A DNA stretch of 64,000 nt, from NCBI GenBank assembly GCA_051294905.1, contig CM119372.1, positions 11,038,001 to 11,102,000 on the forward strand, given 5' to 3'. Of this stretch, positions 50,107 through 62,580 are shown piece by piece; the stretch's first letter is position 1, and every line of letters starts with the position of its first letter. The position numbers and the translations under genes were made by a program. Below the pieces are notes generated by a model that saw nothing but the letters and a program-made list of their open reading frames with translations, ran no database searches and was not told where the DNA came from. Source of the DNA: Botryllus schlosseri. Its lineage: Eukaryota.

Positions 50107-51442
50107 GCCTACTACAGGGCCGGCCAACCCGTGACCCGCGAGAAAAGTTTTGAGTGGCCCGCCAGGTAATTTTCGAAATTAGTTATGTAAAAGGCTGAAG
50201 AACTGGAATGCGGATTCAAACTTGGCGTAAGATATACCATATGTATACTATTAGATGATGTGCTCTTTTTGACATGACGATAAGTGCAGGGGGTCAGGGG
50301 CGCAATTTTTTTGACCATCGCCAAGGAGGGCGTATGTCCAAAAAGGTTGAGAACCGCTGCATTAAATGATAGACGCATTTTTGCCGAAACTTTCGATATT
50401 GATGAGTCCAAGCGTCTAATAATCTTGTCCTTGTCAAATCAGCCCAGTGGTATATAGAGGCAACCCGAAATGCAAACAACAATATTATTGACCGAATTCA
50501 TTCAGTATATTTGAGAAATATAATATCACTACACTACACGCTGACTTCTCGTGGCATATTTGTTATCGATTTTGATGCGTAGTAAGATAGACTTGTTTTC
50601 ACAGTTACTTAATCCGTAACGCGTATTGGCCATCGTTGCGCAATCGATTGAGCATTCACACTCTCACTCTCGTGCGCACTTGCTGCTGAGCTGATCAGAC
50701 GGCATGGTTGCATCACAATACCAAACTCCGTTACAATGCAACTATAGAAATTTAACAATTTCTATAATGCAACATTCAAGCTGATTTTGGGAGGTTCCAG
50801 GACAACGAACAGAATAAAATATATATATTTCGCAATCAGTGCCGCGGTAGCTTTCGATTGATAACCGTTTCATCAAATTGAATGCTCGGCAAGTCGGTCA
50901 AAAATTACCGTCAAATTGCCTTTGACCAAATGGTAAGTGTGACATAGATCAAAATTACTGAGCCGTGAGATTGGCTTGTATACACACCATATAGGACACT
51001 CTGGTTATATATTAAAACTGCGTAACATTCCCACGCGCAAATATTTCCTATAATTTATGACCGTGACGATTGTCTCCCAGGTAATGGCTTCACTAAACAA
51101 CCAGACAATCAACGACCTATGTGCCACCATTGCATAGCGATATATCCATCAATATTCTATATTCCGTTTTTTCGCGGCACATTACCGATGAAAACGCACG
51201 ACTTTCATTTCGCGATGATGATAATTCTACCTATAATATAGTAGTCGTAGTGGACGTATTGTCAGCACTCAGCAGCATGCCGTTTCATTAACAAATTGAC
51301 AATTGACATCCAATGACGCGTTTTCGCATTATGATGCAATAGATAAAACCACTTGATTGAAAACCCGGGACACCTCAAGTAATCATCACAAGTAACGTTA
51401 TCCAACTTTATGCGTCGCGATTAGCACCTTCGAGTCACACAT

Positions 51443-51714
51443 AGCGGCAAGATGGCGTAGTGGTATTATCCACAGCAGCAACACCAATGGATTGGGGTTC
51501 GAGTCCGACCGAGGCCGACTCCACAAATCCTACCTGAGTGTTGGAAGTTTATCTAGGCTCCTCCTCGCCATGTGATCCGCGTATAAGCGGTGTCTTATCA
51601 AAACCTACACGTGGGCCGTGCTACAAGTCGGTAAATTCGGAATCAAAATATAGAACATCGGCCCGGTGTTAAATGACAAATGTAGTCGAAACAGCATGAA
51701 TTTCAAACAAACAA
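51443..51714 (+). mobile_element. tRNA-derived SINE
   Basis: Pol III A box TGGCGTAGTGG (51453-51463), B box GGTTCGAGTCC (51496-51506), ~200-nt body, (CAAA)n tail, possible TSD TCACAC (51435 and 51715). Confidence 0.75.
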
Positions 51715-51734
51715 TCACACGATTAGCATTCTTC

Positions 51735-52575
51735 CAGGGTTGGGATGACTCGAGTCATGACTTGTCTCGAGTCACAACTTATTCGTATGACTTGACTTGA
51801 CTCGAGTCACTTTGTAAAAATGACTTGACTTGACTTGACTCGGAGCTTCAAAAATGTGCATTGACTCGTGACGCGGAGCAAAATTCACGAGTCAATTTCA
51901 AGTCATCAAGTAAACGGTGTCGAATAAATCACTGTATCTTGTGTATGTTCGGATTGTTCGAGATACGCCGGCGTCACTTGTGAAAGCAACGAGTCATTCA
52001 CAAATTGTACGGTACGAAGATCATCGATTGTTAGATCACGAATAAATTGACTGCAAACTAAACAATCACAGCTTACGTTGTCGTAGGTAGTAGAGGATTA
52101 ATCTCAATAGCAATGCGTCTCTGTTTCTTAGATGGCTCCCAATGCTCACGTTACGAAGTGCACACCTTTACCAACCATCCTGTATGATTTGAATCGAACC
52201 AACATAGCCTACTTTGTGACTTTATATTCTCACGGATGTCATGTGTAGATGTTTAGTGTAGGCTATTTTGCCATATAAATTTGTTTCAACTTCTCGAAGC
52301 TTCGTATTAGGGCCTATACTGTTCCTGATATGACTACGAGTGCGTGAGGGATACAACGTCTTTTTGTATGTATATTTAACAAGATATTCGTTTCGATTCG
52401 ACATAAATGATCAATTAATCTGTCTTTCACACAGTTTGAAAAATCTAACGATTTTGAATCTTCACTTCACTCATACTTCGCAAATTCAATTTGACTTGAA
52501 TTGTGACTTGACTTGACTTGACTCGAGTCAAAATCTGCAATGACTCGTGAATCGACGGTAGTGACTTGATCCCAA
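51735..52575. mobile_element. MITE with (GACTT/GACTC)n subterminal repeats; right terminus clipped by a LINE tail
   Basis: Left end CAGGGTTGGGATGACTCGAGTC, right end GACTTGATCCCAAC running directly into (CAT)7. Confidence 0.75.
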
Positions 52576-52726
52576 CATCATCATCATCATCATCATTGGT
52601 TTATTAGCAAATTTATCAGTTCAACAGGCCTACACCACAAAAAATGCGATACAATGAAAAGACAGGAAGATGTCGAAGCGACTGGGAGTATAGTCTATGG
52701 AATCAGACACCCACCTTGGCCTAGGC
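52576..52726 (-). mobile_element. LINE 3'-end fragment, same family as 53045-54720
   Basis: Near-copy of 53045-53170 with AATAAA and an (ATG)7 tail on the minus strand; interrupted at GCCTAGGC by a CAGTGGTTCCCAAC MITE end at 52727. Confidence 0.8.
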
Positions 52727-53044
52727 CAGTGGTTCCCAACCTTTTTCGTCTCGTGGACCCCTTGGCCGATATTTGAGCTAAAATCCCCTTATGAATAAGT
52801 TGTCTGTGAGTAAAAAAGTTGTTTTTACCGCACAACCGTATGTTAACTAAACAATTTATGGCCAAACATATTCAGATATGTCCGAATTATGTCGAATGCG
52901 GACCGCACTACACTTTGGTAAAGTTCCGCTAAATGTGGCCTGTTTTATTACCATTCGGGTAGCCGCTAACGAAAAATAAATCACCATAAGTCCTTTTGCT
53001 AAGGCCTCGAGTTGAATCGATAAATTTGGTATGTTCTTTTTTTT

Positions 53045-54720
53045 CATCATCATTGGTTTATTAGCAATTTTATCAGTTCAATACACCACAAAAATGCGAT
53101 ACAATGAAAGAAAGGAAGATGTCGAAGCGACTAGGTTGTCTATGGAATCTGACACCCACCTTGGCCTAGGCGATGTAAAGAGGAGGCATGCACACTGAAT
53201 GAAGGTAAAGAAGATAGTATAGAAAAAGAATGCGACAAGAAATAGGGCGGCATGTCATGGGAAGCGAGATCGATAGGTCAGTCGTGGTCCGGTAATCTTG
53301 AGGATGGACTGTATTTATTTAGTAGTAATTGCTTGTATTTCGACTTGAATGTGGACATGCTCGTCGACTGTCGGATGGCCGGCGGGATACTGTTCCATAC
53401 ATCAGGTCCGGCATATTTGATGGAGCGATGATCTTTTCGGTCGATCATATGATATTTGGACGACGTGGACGCGCGTGTGTTGTACTTGTGCGCTTTTGAT
53501 TCAGAGGTAAAGAAGTCATTGAAATATTCGGGGCAACGACCGCAGTGAAACTGATACATGAACTTGGCGATTTCTAGTTTCCGCATATCTTCTATGTTTA
53601 GGACGCCGAATCTCTTCAGCAGCGACTTATTGGATGGGCAGCCAGGTCCCTTTGGGGCCCTAGCTATGATTCGGAGTACTTTGTGCTGTAGTTTCTGCAG
53701 TGGCTTGAGTGCAGTTTTACTGGCAGCCCCCCAACAGAGGATGCCATAATGTAACTTCGATTGGATTAAGGATTTGAAGAGTATCAGAAGAACCCATGCT
53801 GGCATGAAGCGCTTAAGGCTGTAGAACAGGCCGCACTTCGGTGATAATTTAGTTTCTAGGGACTGAATATGACTCTTCCAGGACATGTTCGAGTCCAGTA
53901 AAACTCCGAGATATTTGGCATTATCTGTGTTGGAAACGGGCTGACCAGCGATATTAACGGTTAGGTTATTTTTTGAATTTACTGTCAGCAATTGCGATTT
54001 CGAGGCGTTTATGCAAAGGTTGTTCTGGGCCGTCCACTCATGGACTTTGGGCATTTGGTCACCAGTCAGGGCATCCAGCTCTGCCGTCGAAGATGCGGAA
54101 GAGAGGAGGTGAGTATCATCAGCGAACAGTGTGGTGTTCAATGAGGAGGTTTCAAAAATGTCGTTGACATATAAGGTGAAAAGGACCGGTCCAAGTACTG
54201 AGCCCTGGGGCACACCACAGGTCACCGGGTGAGGAGAAGACAAGGTGTCTGAGATCGCAACCATTTGTTGGCGTCCAGTGAGGTAACTTTTCATGAGCTC
54301 AAGTTGTGGGCCCCGAAGTCCGTAACGCGCCAATTTCGAGATGAGAATTTTATGATCTACGCAGTCAAACGCTTTTTTTAGGTCGAGAAAAATGCTACAT
54401 CCCACATTTCGCTTCTCTGAGATATCATAGTACTGTTCGGCCACTGTTAGGAGGGCATGAGCGGTTTGGTGTTTGTTTCGAAAGCCAAATTGTTGAGGGG
54501 AAATGACAGACATTTTGGCGAGGAATGAGGACAGGCGGGAGAGGAGCAACTTTTCGAATACAATCCCGATGCATGGGAGAACGGATATCGGACGGTAGTT
54601 GGTGACATTAGTTCTATCCCCAGCTTTGTGTACAGGGACTACTCTGGCTTTTTTTAGATAGCTCGGGTAGACTCCATTTTCTATCATGAAGTTGAAAAAA
54701 TGGGCCATATATTGACCGAT
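53045..54720 (-). mobile_element. 5'-truncated LINE (CR1/L2-group-like) with (ATG)n tail
   Basis: RT-encoding ORF followed by a ~230-nt 3' UTR, AATAAA and (ATG)3. Confidence 0.9.
53278..54708 (-). CDS. LINE ORF2 fragment: reverse transcriptase and C-terminal region (476 aa, no internal stops, endonuclease missing)
   Basis: NYRPISVL, QFGFR, FLDLKKAFD, GVPQGSVLGP, LFADDT, KYLGV. Confidence 0.92.
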   Translation of the reverse strand: MAHFFNFMIENGVYPSYLKKARVVPVHKAGDRTNVTNYRPISVLPCIGIVFEKLLLSRLSSFLAKMSVISPQQFGFRNKHQTAHALLTVAEQYYDISEKRNVGCSIFLDLKKAFDCVDHKILISKLARYGLRGPQLELMKSYLTGRQQMVAISDTLSSPHPVTCGVPQGSVLGPVLFTLYVNDIFETSSLNTTLFADDTHLLSSASSTAELDALTGDQMPKVHEWTAQNNLCINASKSQLLTVNSKNNLTVNIAGQPVSNTDNAKYLGVLLDSNMSWKSHIQSLETKLSPKCGLFYSLKRFMPAWVLLILFKSLIQSKLHYGILCWGAASKTALKPLQKLQHKVLRIIARAPKGPGCPSNKSLLKRFGVLNIEDMRKLEIAKFMYQFHCGRCPEYFNDFFTSESKAHKYNTRASTSSKYHMIDRKDHRSIKYAGPDVWNSIPPAIRQSTSMSTFKSKYKQLLLNKYSPSSRLPDHD

Positions 54721-55027
54721 ATCGTATCACAAAATATGACGTCACAAGCATGAAATTTCGAATGAGAGAGCGTTCAATGTACTATTTTTAGGTGATACAC
54801 GAACTCCTTTTGTTGACAGAGTTTTTGTTGGTGTATTTTGATAAAAGTTGATTCCAAGGCACACAAATGGAATTGTGTGCCTTGTGTGCCTTGGGATCAA
54901 CTTTTATCAAAATACACCAACCAAAACTCTGTCAACAAAAGGAGTTCGTGTATCACCTAAAAATAGTACATTGAACGCTCTCTCATTCGAAATTTCATGC
55001 TGGTGACGTCATATTTTGTGATACGAT
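54721..55027. repeat. Near-perfect inverted repeat: 146-bp arms (54721-54866 and 54882-55027), 3 mismatches, 15-nt spacer
   Basis: Direct base-by-base comparison of the arms. Confidence 0.95.
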
Positions 55028-55065
55028 TGTTGATATACAATGTTCTTTCCAATTCTCTACTAGTT

Positions 55066-55109
55066 GCTGACTATTACCCCTGACGAGTGTCAGCCGAAAA
55101 TATTCGGGT
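55066..55109 (+). ncRNA. Minimal type I hammerhead ribozyme-like motif, copy 2
   Basis: ACCC-CTGACGA-GTGTCAGCC-GAAA-ATAT-TC-GGGT: perfect 4-bp stem I, core boxes, palindromic stem III; upstream GCTGAC is the exact complement of loop GTCAGC. Confidence 0.6.
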
Positions 55110-56061
55110 TCATTTCAATATGAATATACTATTTAAACATACAATTGTAAAGAACCAGTCTCATACTCTAAAAATCTTGTGAACACAGTGTATCTTCCGA
55201 TACATCCCTGAAGTCAGATTCCCCCCAAAAAATTTCAAACTCCCCCGCACGCGGCCGTACGGGCTGCCCACCCCTAATCTAATAGTATACATGTGGTATA
55301 TCTTACGCCAATTTTGGTTCCGCGTTCCAGATGTTTAGTCTTTTATATTGCTGTCAAACTCTCCCAAACTTGTTTGAAAATAACAAAGAAACATTGAAAA
55401 GGACATCAATTAATTTCAAGGTAGGTTGCGCTGAGACTAATCCTGATGCTAGTAGTGACTACAGAGAGCCCGGCGTCGTTCTGCCCTGCCATGATGAATT
55501 TGATCAGTTTTGGAAATAAATTAAATTGTGTTGATTTATAGCCAAATTGAGGGCAACCTACATTGCATCTAAGCATCATCCGGAGCAGACGTCGTGTAAT
55601 ACAATACCAAAAGCTAAATCAAACCCAGGCTGTCTCACCCTGCCCAATCAAACCCTACGAACCTTATACTTACGAACCACTTCCAAGCCCCCCTAAGCTG
55701 CAAAGTGCATATGAACGCAGACCCGAGAACGCACGGCACGTCTGATTGTATTCTGAAGATCATGTAAAACGGATATTGCTCATTTATACAGGCGAGATGA
55801 TACAAAATATCCATAGTTACGGGACCTCTAAACGATGTTTCATGGCATAAAATCCGCATTGCACCTACGCTACACGTACAATAATGCGATGCATTTGCCA
55901 CCATCATTAGGGCTAGAATTTGTTTGGTGGCGACTTAGTGGCAAGTTCCAGATTGTGAACCATTTCCCTCGATTCTTCCAGCAGTCTCTGAAGTTTACTT
56001 GTCGGCGACGAAAGTGACAACTGAAAGAACACAGAAGCCATACATTAGGCGACTGCCTAGA

Positions 56062-57626
56062 AGGGTTGTAGGCTTAACCAAGTCACAAGTCAACCTCACT
56101 CTTATACTTTGACTCGAGTCAAGTCGAGTCATTTTCAATTCATCACGGAGTCAAGTCCGACTCCAAGTCAGCGAGCAGAGGGCCGAGTCCGAGTTCAAGT
56201 CATTGTGTTGACTGCTCAGTTTCCAGTTACAGCAGTGGTTCTAATCCTGGGTGGTGCGCCCCCCCTTGGGGGTGTGGCAGGAGACTCTCAGGGGGGTGCG
56301 AGAAATTGACAAAGTCGATATGAATTCTGACCAAACATTGATTTCACAACCATTCTTAGAAGACGATTGTTAATAATGAAACTCATTTCGTATTAAAAAA
56401 AACTCGCCAAATTCGAACTCCAGAAGTAGCGCTTAACGGAGTATAGGCTGATTTCAACTTCGTTTGAGCAAATTTTTGATATTAGATCAGGGATGAGAAA
56501 TCTTTGGCCGCAGCAGGGAATTTGTGCGGCCGTCGACACCTAATTCGTTACGAATGTGTTGGCGGCCGTGACATGCAAATTGAAATTACGAATTCGCTCC
56601 CAAATTTTTGAGAGATTTTAATTTATTTTGAAATTTTCTTCGAGCTGTGCATATTTCAACATAGATTCCCACTACCGATACAATCGACAATCCTGATGGG
56701 GGAGGGGGGTCAAGAAATAACAGCATTGCAACAAAGTGATTAATAACAATTGACCCACCCGAAAATGCATTTATCATTTATAACTTGCCCTAAATTTTTG
56801 AAAGCACTTCCTCCATGATCCCTACCGGTTAATCTGATCACATGGGCTGAGAAAGGATGAATATTTGAAAGTAATGTGATACTGCTACTATTAATTACGG
56901 AATTCATTCGTTATTTCCGAAAAAATTTTGCGCTCGGCGCGACAATATGCAATCCCAGCAACTATAACATTGACACTCGCTATTTCGGTGCGTACAATAG
57001 GCCGTTGTGAAAAGTAGAATAGTCCAGAGTTCACCGAGATGGATATGGAAGGGGCAGATTACCATACGTATTTTGCGTCCAGTTACTTCATTACGGCTAT
57101 GCCCTGGAATCCAGCCTTAGGCTACCGAAATTCGGTCGTGATTGACAAAAAGGTTGCCTACATCTGTATTAGATGATGTGCTCTTTTTGACAAGACGATA
57201 AGTGCAGGGGGGCGCAATTTTTTTGACCATCCCCAAGGGGGCGCATGTCCAAAAAGGTTGAGAACCGCTGAGTTAAAGTCTTGTTAAACCCACTTTTTAT
57301 AACTCTGTTATTGAATGGTTCGCATTTATAATATACTAATTTTCCTCACTCTTAGCAGATTCTGGTCGCCTTTTCAAGTACCAGTGCCATTAGACGAAAT
57401 CCCAATAGTGTGGTTGCTTTACTATTCTTCGATATTACAACGAAATGTAGGCCTTGGCTGTCTGAATCTCGAGGCATAGTAGGCTACTTGGTTCGAGTCA
57501 CGCGCATGACTCGAGTCCAAGTCGAGTTAATACACAGATTGACACGAGTCGAGTCATTTCCGTATTTCGAGAAGATGAAACGAGTCAAGTCATCAGAAAA
57601 TCGCGACTCGAGTCATCACAACCCTG
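56062..57626. mobile_element. GACTC-repeat MITE containing nested hAT-like insertions (~56234-57270, itself containing ~56488-57166)
   Basis: Right end GACTCGAGTCATCACAACCCTG; 57370-57626 is an inverted near-copy of 61350-61645; inner termini CAGTGGTTCTAATCC / GGTTGAGAACCGCTG. Confidence 0.65.
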
Positions 57627-58563
57627 CTGCCTAGCATGGAACATGTCAACTCCAAGACGGATCACATGACCCGAGATATGATAAGAAAAGGAGTCTGGTG
57701 TTTTAAATTACCAAGGTTGCTTTCTCCTTATTTTAATCTCCAAAATTTACACTTCGAAATCATTTGCCAGTAGTTATGTCAGTGCCATGATCCAACAATA
57801 TAAAATATGTGATGCAGATAGTGCTTGTGCCCATACCCCACTAAGAATTTTTATGTTTAGGGCTTGCTTCGTCAGAAAGTATCCATGACGTCACTTCATT
57901 GTTGGATTCAAATAAATATTCTTGTCGTGCCACCTGTACAGATAATTTCCAAAATGATAATATTGGTTTCGGATATGGAAATCTGGTGAATTGAAGGAAA
58001 TAAACACAGCTATGGATGATTGGTGTATAAAAAATGGCACATCCGGTTTGAACCCGTAAGCGAACTGGAAAATAGGAAATGTGAACAGGTGATGTCCCGA
58101 TTAAGAGTCCGTGTCTGGAAGTATCTTTTGCCGCATCAAATATAGATTTCATGAAATCAGAAAGAAGCATGGTGCTGTATTCTTCACAATTCCTTATCAA
58201 ATCTGCTTTTCAGGACTCATATCTTTCTCTAGTTAGCGAACTACGACTTGTAAGGTATTATTTTTGATTTCCAGTGGCGCACATTATCCTCCAGACATTT
58301 ATGTGTATCGGGTGGAACAGGTCATAAACAGGAGAATCCTGTCATACATATATTAATTCCAAATCACCCACTTTTTCTTCGTCCATATCTCTGTCGGCTT
58401 CTGAGTTATTAATATCCGAAAGTGCAGTCCGCCGCGCTTCTTCAAGGATTTCATTAGTAGTGTCGCTCCTGCAGTCTTCAAAGTCACTCAGGTCGCTGCT
58501 GAAAAACATCCAGCCAACTTTTGGCATCAGAGATGGTCGCTTAGTCAGTGACGAAGTACTAAT

Positions 58564-59085
58564 TAGGGCTGGGCACAATGATTCGAGTACTCAAATCTGA
58601 ATCTAGTATTAATTTTAATGATTCGACTCGAGTAGTAAAATACGATTTTTTCAAGTAGGCCTACTGAAATTATACGCTCCTCGCCACTGAAAGTTAATTT
58701 AACAACGAGAATTATAGTTTCAATGCTAATTTCACTGTTGAAGCCTCGGAACCTAGATTGGCGGTATCGTAGCGTACAAAACACATAGTACAAAAGCTAC
58801 CAAGGTTACTGGACGTAGGACATTTCCGAAGTCATTATTATCCCACAACATTGTCACCAAGTGTAATGAAATCGGTGTGGTCGAAGAAAATACCAAAGTA
58901 TCTTTTATGTGTTGGGTAACAGGCATTATATTTTTTGTGGTGGCATAAACGGTTGATATTTGAACTTTGACGCATTATTTCTATTATGACGTCATAATGA
59001 GTGATACTCAATTACTCGATCGACTCGACGCATATTACTCGATTCAGAATCGAATCACTCAGGTAATGGAGTTTGCCCAGCCCTA
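58564..59085. mobile_element. hAT-type MITE (TAGGGCTGGGCA family)
   Basis: Same TIRs as 43129; perfect 8-bp TSD GTACTAAT. Confidence 0.9.
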
Positions 59086-59896
59086 GTACTAATGCGTCGG
59101 AGTATTCAAGCAGGTTTGCCTCCTTGCACTACATGAGTGTTCATGATTATAGACTGCTTACACTTCTGCTTCACAGTCTTGTAGGCCGAACTACTTTCAT
59201 TTTATAGGTAAGATTCTATAAAGTAAAAAGTCGTTTGGTATCACTCTTGTAAGCGAAATTTTCATGTCAACGAGGCGAAATAGCTGCTGTGCGACGCTAA
59301 CCTAATGTAATTTGAGTGTTGCACCTATTTGTAGTGTCTTAGTTGGTCTGCGTTACTCTCGAATATGCACGCTGCAATTTCCAAAGCAACCACGTCCTGC
59401 TAAAAGTGTGCGACCCCTCGACCAAAACTTCTACTTGAGCACGAACGCAGACTTCGTGGAACACCTCTACATTCTGCAAATCATGGAGGGATTATTGTAG
59501 TAGCAGCAATCAACATGTGGCCCCATAATGCAAAGTTGCCTTTCACTATGGACGGGACGGGCAACATACGGCCCGCGACGTGAATTTGAGCAACCCATAC
59601 ATGACGATGTGGCCTGCGGCCAAAATCTATCGCAATCCCCCACTACTTGCTTAGTACATCAAATGATAGTAACTGTAGATTAGTCATTCTTTTTTCGGAC
59701 ACAAAAATAGTGATTCTTAGTTATTCTTTTGCTCTTTGTTTTCTTTATGCGTGTCATGCGGCCAGATTTCAAACAGCCTGTTTACAACTTCGATCGACCA
59801 GATGTGTCTCATCGACTTCAACAGCCATTGAAATACATGACATATGGAATACTGTTTTCGTTTCTATGCTTCAAACTTAACATTTACATTAAATAA

Positions 59897-60402
59897 TAGG
59901 GCTGGTCACAATGATTCGAGTACTCGAATCTGAATCGAGTAATTATTTTTATGATTCGAGTCGAGTAGTAAAAGACGGTTTTTCTAGTACTGAAATTATA
60001 CGCTGCTCGCAACTAAAAGCTAATTTACCAACGAGAATTATAGTTTTGATACTATTTTCCGCTAAGGAATCCTTGGAACCTTGATTGGTCGTGTCGCAGA
60101 ATACGAGACATAGCACAAAGCTACAAACGTTACTGGATATAACACATTTCCGAAGTCATGATCATCCCACAACATTGTCAACAAGTGCAATGAAATCGGT
60201 ATGGTCGAAAAAGTACCAAAGTATCTTTAATGTGACGGATAACAGGCATTATGTTCTTCGTGGTGGCATAAAAGGTACATATTTGAACTTTGACATAATA
60301 AATTATGTTATGACGTCATGAGTGATACTCGAATACTCGACTCGAAGCGTAATACGTGATTCAGAATCGAATCACTCAGGTACTCGATTTTGCCCAGCCC
60401 TA
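59897..60402. mobile_element. hAT-type MITE (TAGGGCTGGGCA family)
   Basis: Collinear with 58564-59085; TSD TTAAATAA / TTAAATAC (7/8 match). Confidence 0.9.
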
Positions 60403-61349
60403 TTAAATACCATTAATCCTTGTATATGTGGATAAATACGCGTTTGAAGTATTGATTCAGGAATCCGACCGGCCAAATATTTCATTTCCCCATATCCGGT
60501 CCGCCGACTGGGGGAGTTGCCCGCCCCTGGACTAGTGTGGGACGCGAGTCACATGTGAGTAGGCCATATTGTGAGTCACAGATTAAGACAGAAATTTGAT
60601 AACACAGTTCAGGAATTGAAACGCCACAGACACAAATCTACAAACTCACCGACAGAGATTTGTCTGGTACTCATCTTCTTGCTTTTCAATATGTTAATAT
60701 ACAGTTCTAAATTATATTTACACTAAATCACATTACAATCATCATATAATGGAAAGTTATTCATAACAGCAGAACCATGAAGTTTTTACGAAAGCAGGAT
60801 TCCCTACGTTCCATACCACCAAGGCACCACCAAGTCTGGGCATTTGGGTTCGAGGGCTGTTGTTACATAGAAAGTGTCCAATGAACAAGCACCTACTGTG
60901 TACCGAAGCATTCATCTTGTTTCGTTGGTGTTTTCCTCAAGTCATCAACACTCAATCGCAGAGAGTACAGATATTCATGCTGCCGTTCATATACCTGAAT
61001 TTCAATATGTGAATTTTACACAGAAATTTGAGTTTGTCTCTTCTTTGGGAGTCGGGGAGTCGATAATTAAATACCAATGGCTATAACGAGAATGCCAATT
61101 AACCAGATGTTATCAGCATCTCGTTTCTGATTAGTTTAGTTGATTTTTCAAAATAGAAAAAAATAACATATTCGAGGGATGCGAACCCAGCAAACAAGGT
61201 ATCATTTTAACGTGATTTCAAAGCACCACTAACTTTAACGTAAAATTGGTATGAAGATGAACGTCAATTTCACCTTCCACCTAAGCTACAAGTTGATTTT
61301 GTTTTGGTATTTGCGTTGTTTCGACTGCTATGGTCCAGGACGATATTTC

Positions 61350-61645
61350 CAGGGTTGTAATGACTCGAGTCATGACTCGACTCGAGTCACGGATTTTCTG
61401 ATGATTCGACTTGACTCGAGTCATTTTTGAAAAATTCGGAAATGACTCGACTCAATTCGAGTCAATCTGTGTATTGACTCGTCTTGGACTTGAGTAATTG
61501 CGCATGACTCGAACCAAGTCATATGACTCGAGACTCAGACGGCCAAGACCGACATTTCATTGTAATTTCGAAGAATAGTAATTAGTAAAGTTACCACACT
61601 ATTGGGATTTCACCTATTGGCGCTGGTACTTGAAAATGTGGCCAG
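61350..61645. mobile_element. Partial GACTC-repeat MITE
   Basis: Starts CAGGGTTGTAATGACTCGAGTC; reverse-complement match to 57370-57626. Confidence 0.75.
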
Positions 61646-61925
61646 AAACAACAGAGCCCCGCATAGACAAGATTTTTGCCAAGATGCAACATAAGTGATA
61701 TCACTGATGCCGCCTTGCGCACGGACCGCATATATTAGCAATTGAGCATGTGTTTTAACAGAGTGGTAACATAATTGCTATTACTGCACACATATTCGCC
61801 AGGTCTGTGTGAAGGAGTTTATCTCTTTCAGTAATCAGCATCCCAATTTAGAAGTCGGTCGAGTAACATTTTCAACTCGCATTTGGGTCGCAACCATTCA
61901 AAGGTTGACAACCCATGATCTAGGC

Positions 61926-62580
61926 CAGCGGTTCTCAACCGGGGGTCCGCGAAGCATTTTCAGGGGGTCAGCGAAGCCTCAAAATACTTGATAACCTAAT
62001 TTGTATTGTATTGAATTCGAAAAATCACGAGGCAGTTTCGTTTCATTACTAGTAAAACTCCATAGCTCACATCAACACAATGGCCATCTGAGATAAAATA
62101 TCCTGCTGTTCAGACTCATATTAATTGTGAAATTGCCAATAGCCTACTGATACAACTATTTTGCTGTTTCGAGATATTTGGTGCGATATTTGTTGCTATC
62201 ATACCCAAATGTGACGCCGGAAGCGTCACCCGTTATTCGCCACCACCTATATTTGTGGGAACAGATTTTCGGCACTCGTTCATATCAAATTGAAGGCGTG
62301 AATTTTCAAGACACGACCACGTATTTCAAGAAGTGCAGTTGCAGAATTCGCTTTGATATAATGGAGGTCAGCCTAATTTCTATAAGAATAGTATGATATT
62401 ATTTTCAAGAAAAGACATTTTGTTGTTGTTTATCACTAAGCCTACACTTATCATTCGCACAAGACAGATGACGACTGCACGATAATTGAGCTAAATTTGA
62501 GCTAAAACTTCGTAGGGGTCCGCGGGGGTCTGTAACGGTCTGAAAGCGGTCCGCGAAGACAAAAAGGTTGAGAAACACTG
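61926..62580. mobile_element. hAT-Charlie-like MITE
   Basis: TIR CAGCGGTTCTCAACC / GGTTGAGAAACACTG; TSD ATCTAGGC / ATCTAGAC (7/8 match). Confidence 0.82.

Larger units (their letters stand above)
54721..55190 (+). mobile_element. Penelope-like element 3' remnant with inverted duplication and hammerhead motif
   Basis: The arm consensus translates to LESTFIKIHQPKLCQQKEFVYHLKIVH*, resembling the E..IK...P.L..Q end of PLE GIY-YIG domains; a hammerhead core follows at 55076-55109; the flanks resemble 41570-41680. Right end approximate. Confidence 0.55.

Noticed and set aside
51443..51520. Possible tRNA gene
   Set aside because: A and B boxes are present, but I could not build a convincing cloverleaf and the sequence continues into a body and simple-repeat tail, as in a SINE.
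57841..58560. Minus-strand ORF fragments that might be a decayed transposase or gene
   Set aside because: Multiple stops and no motif I can assign; would need a profile search.
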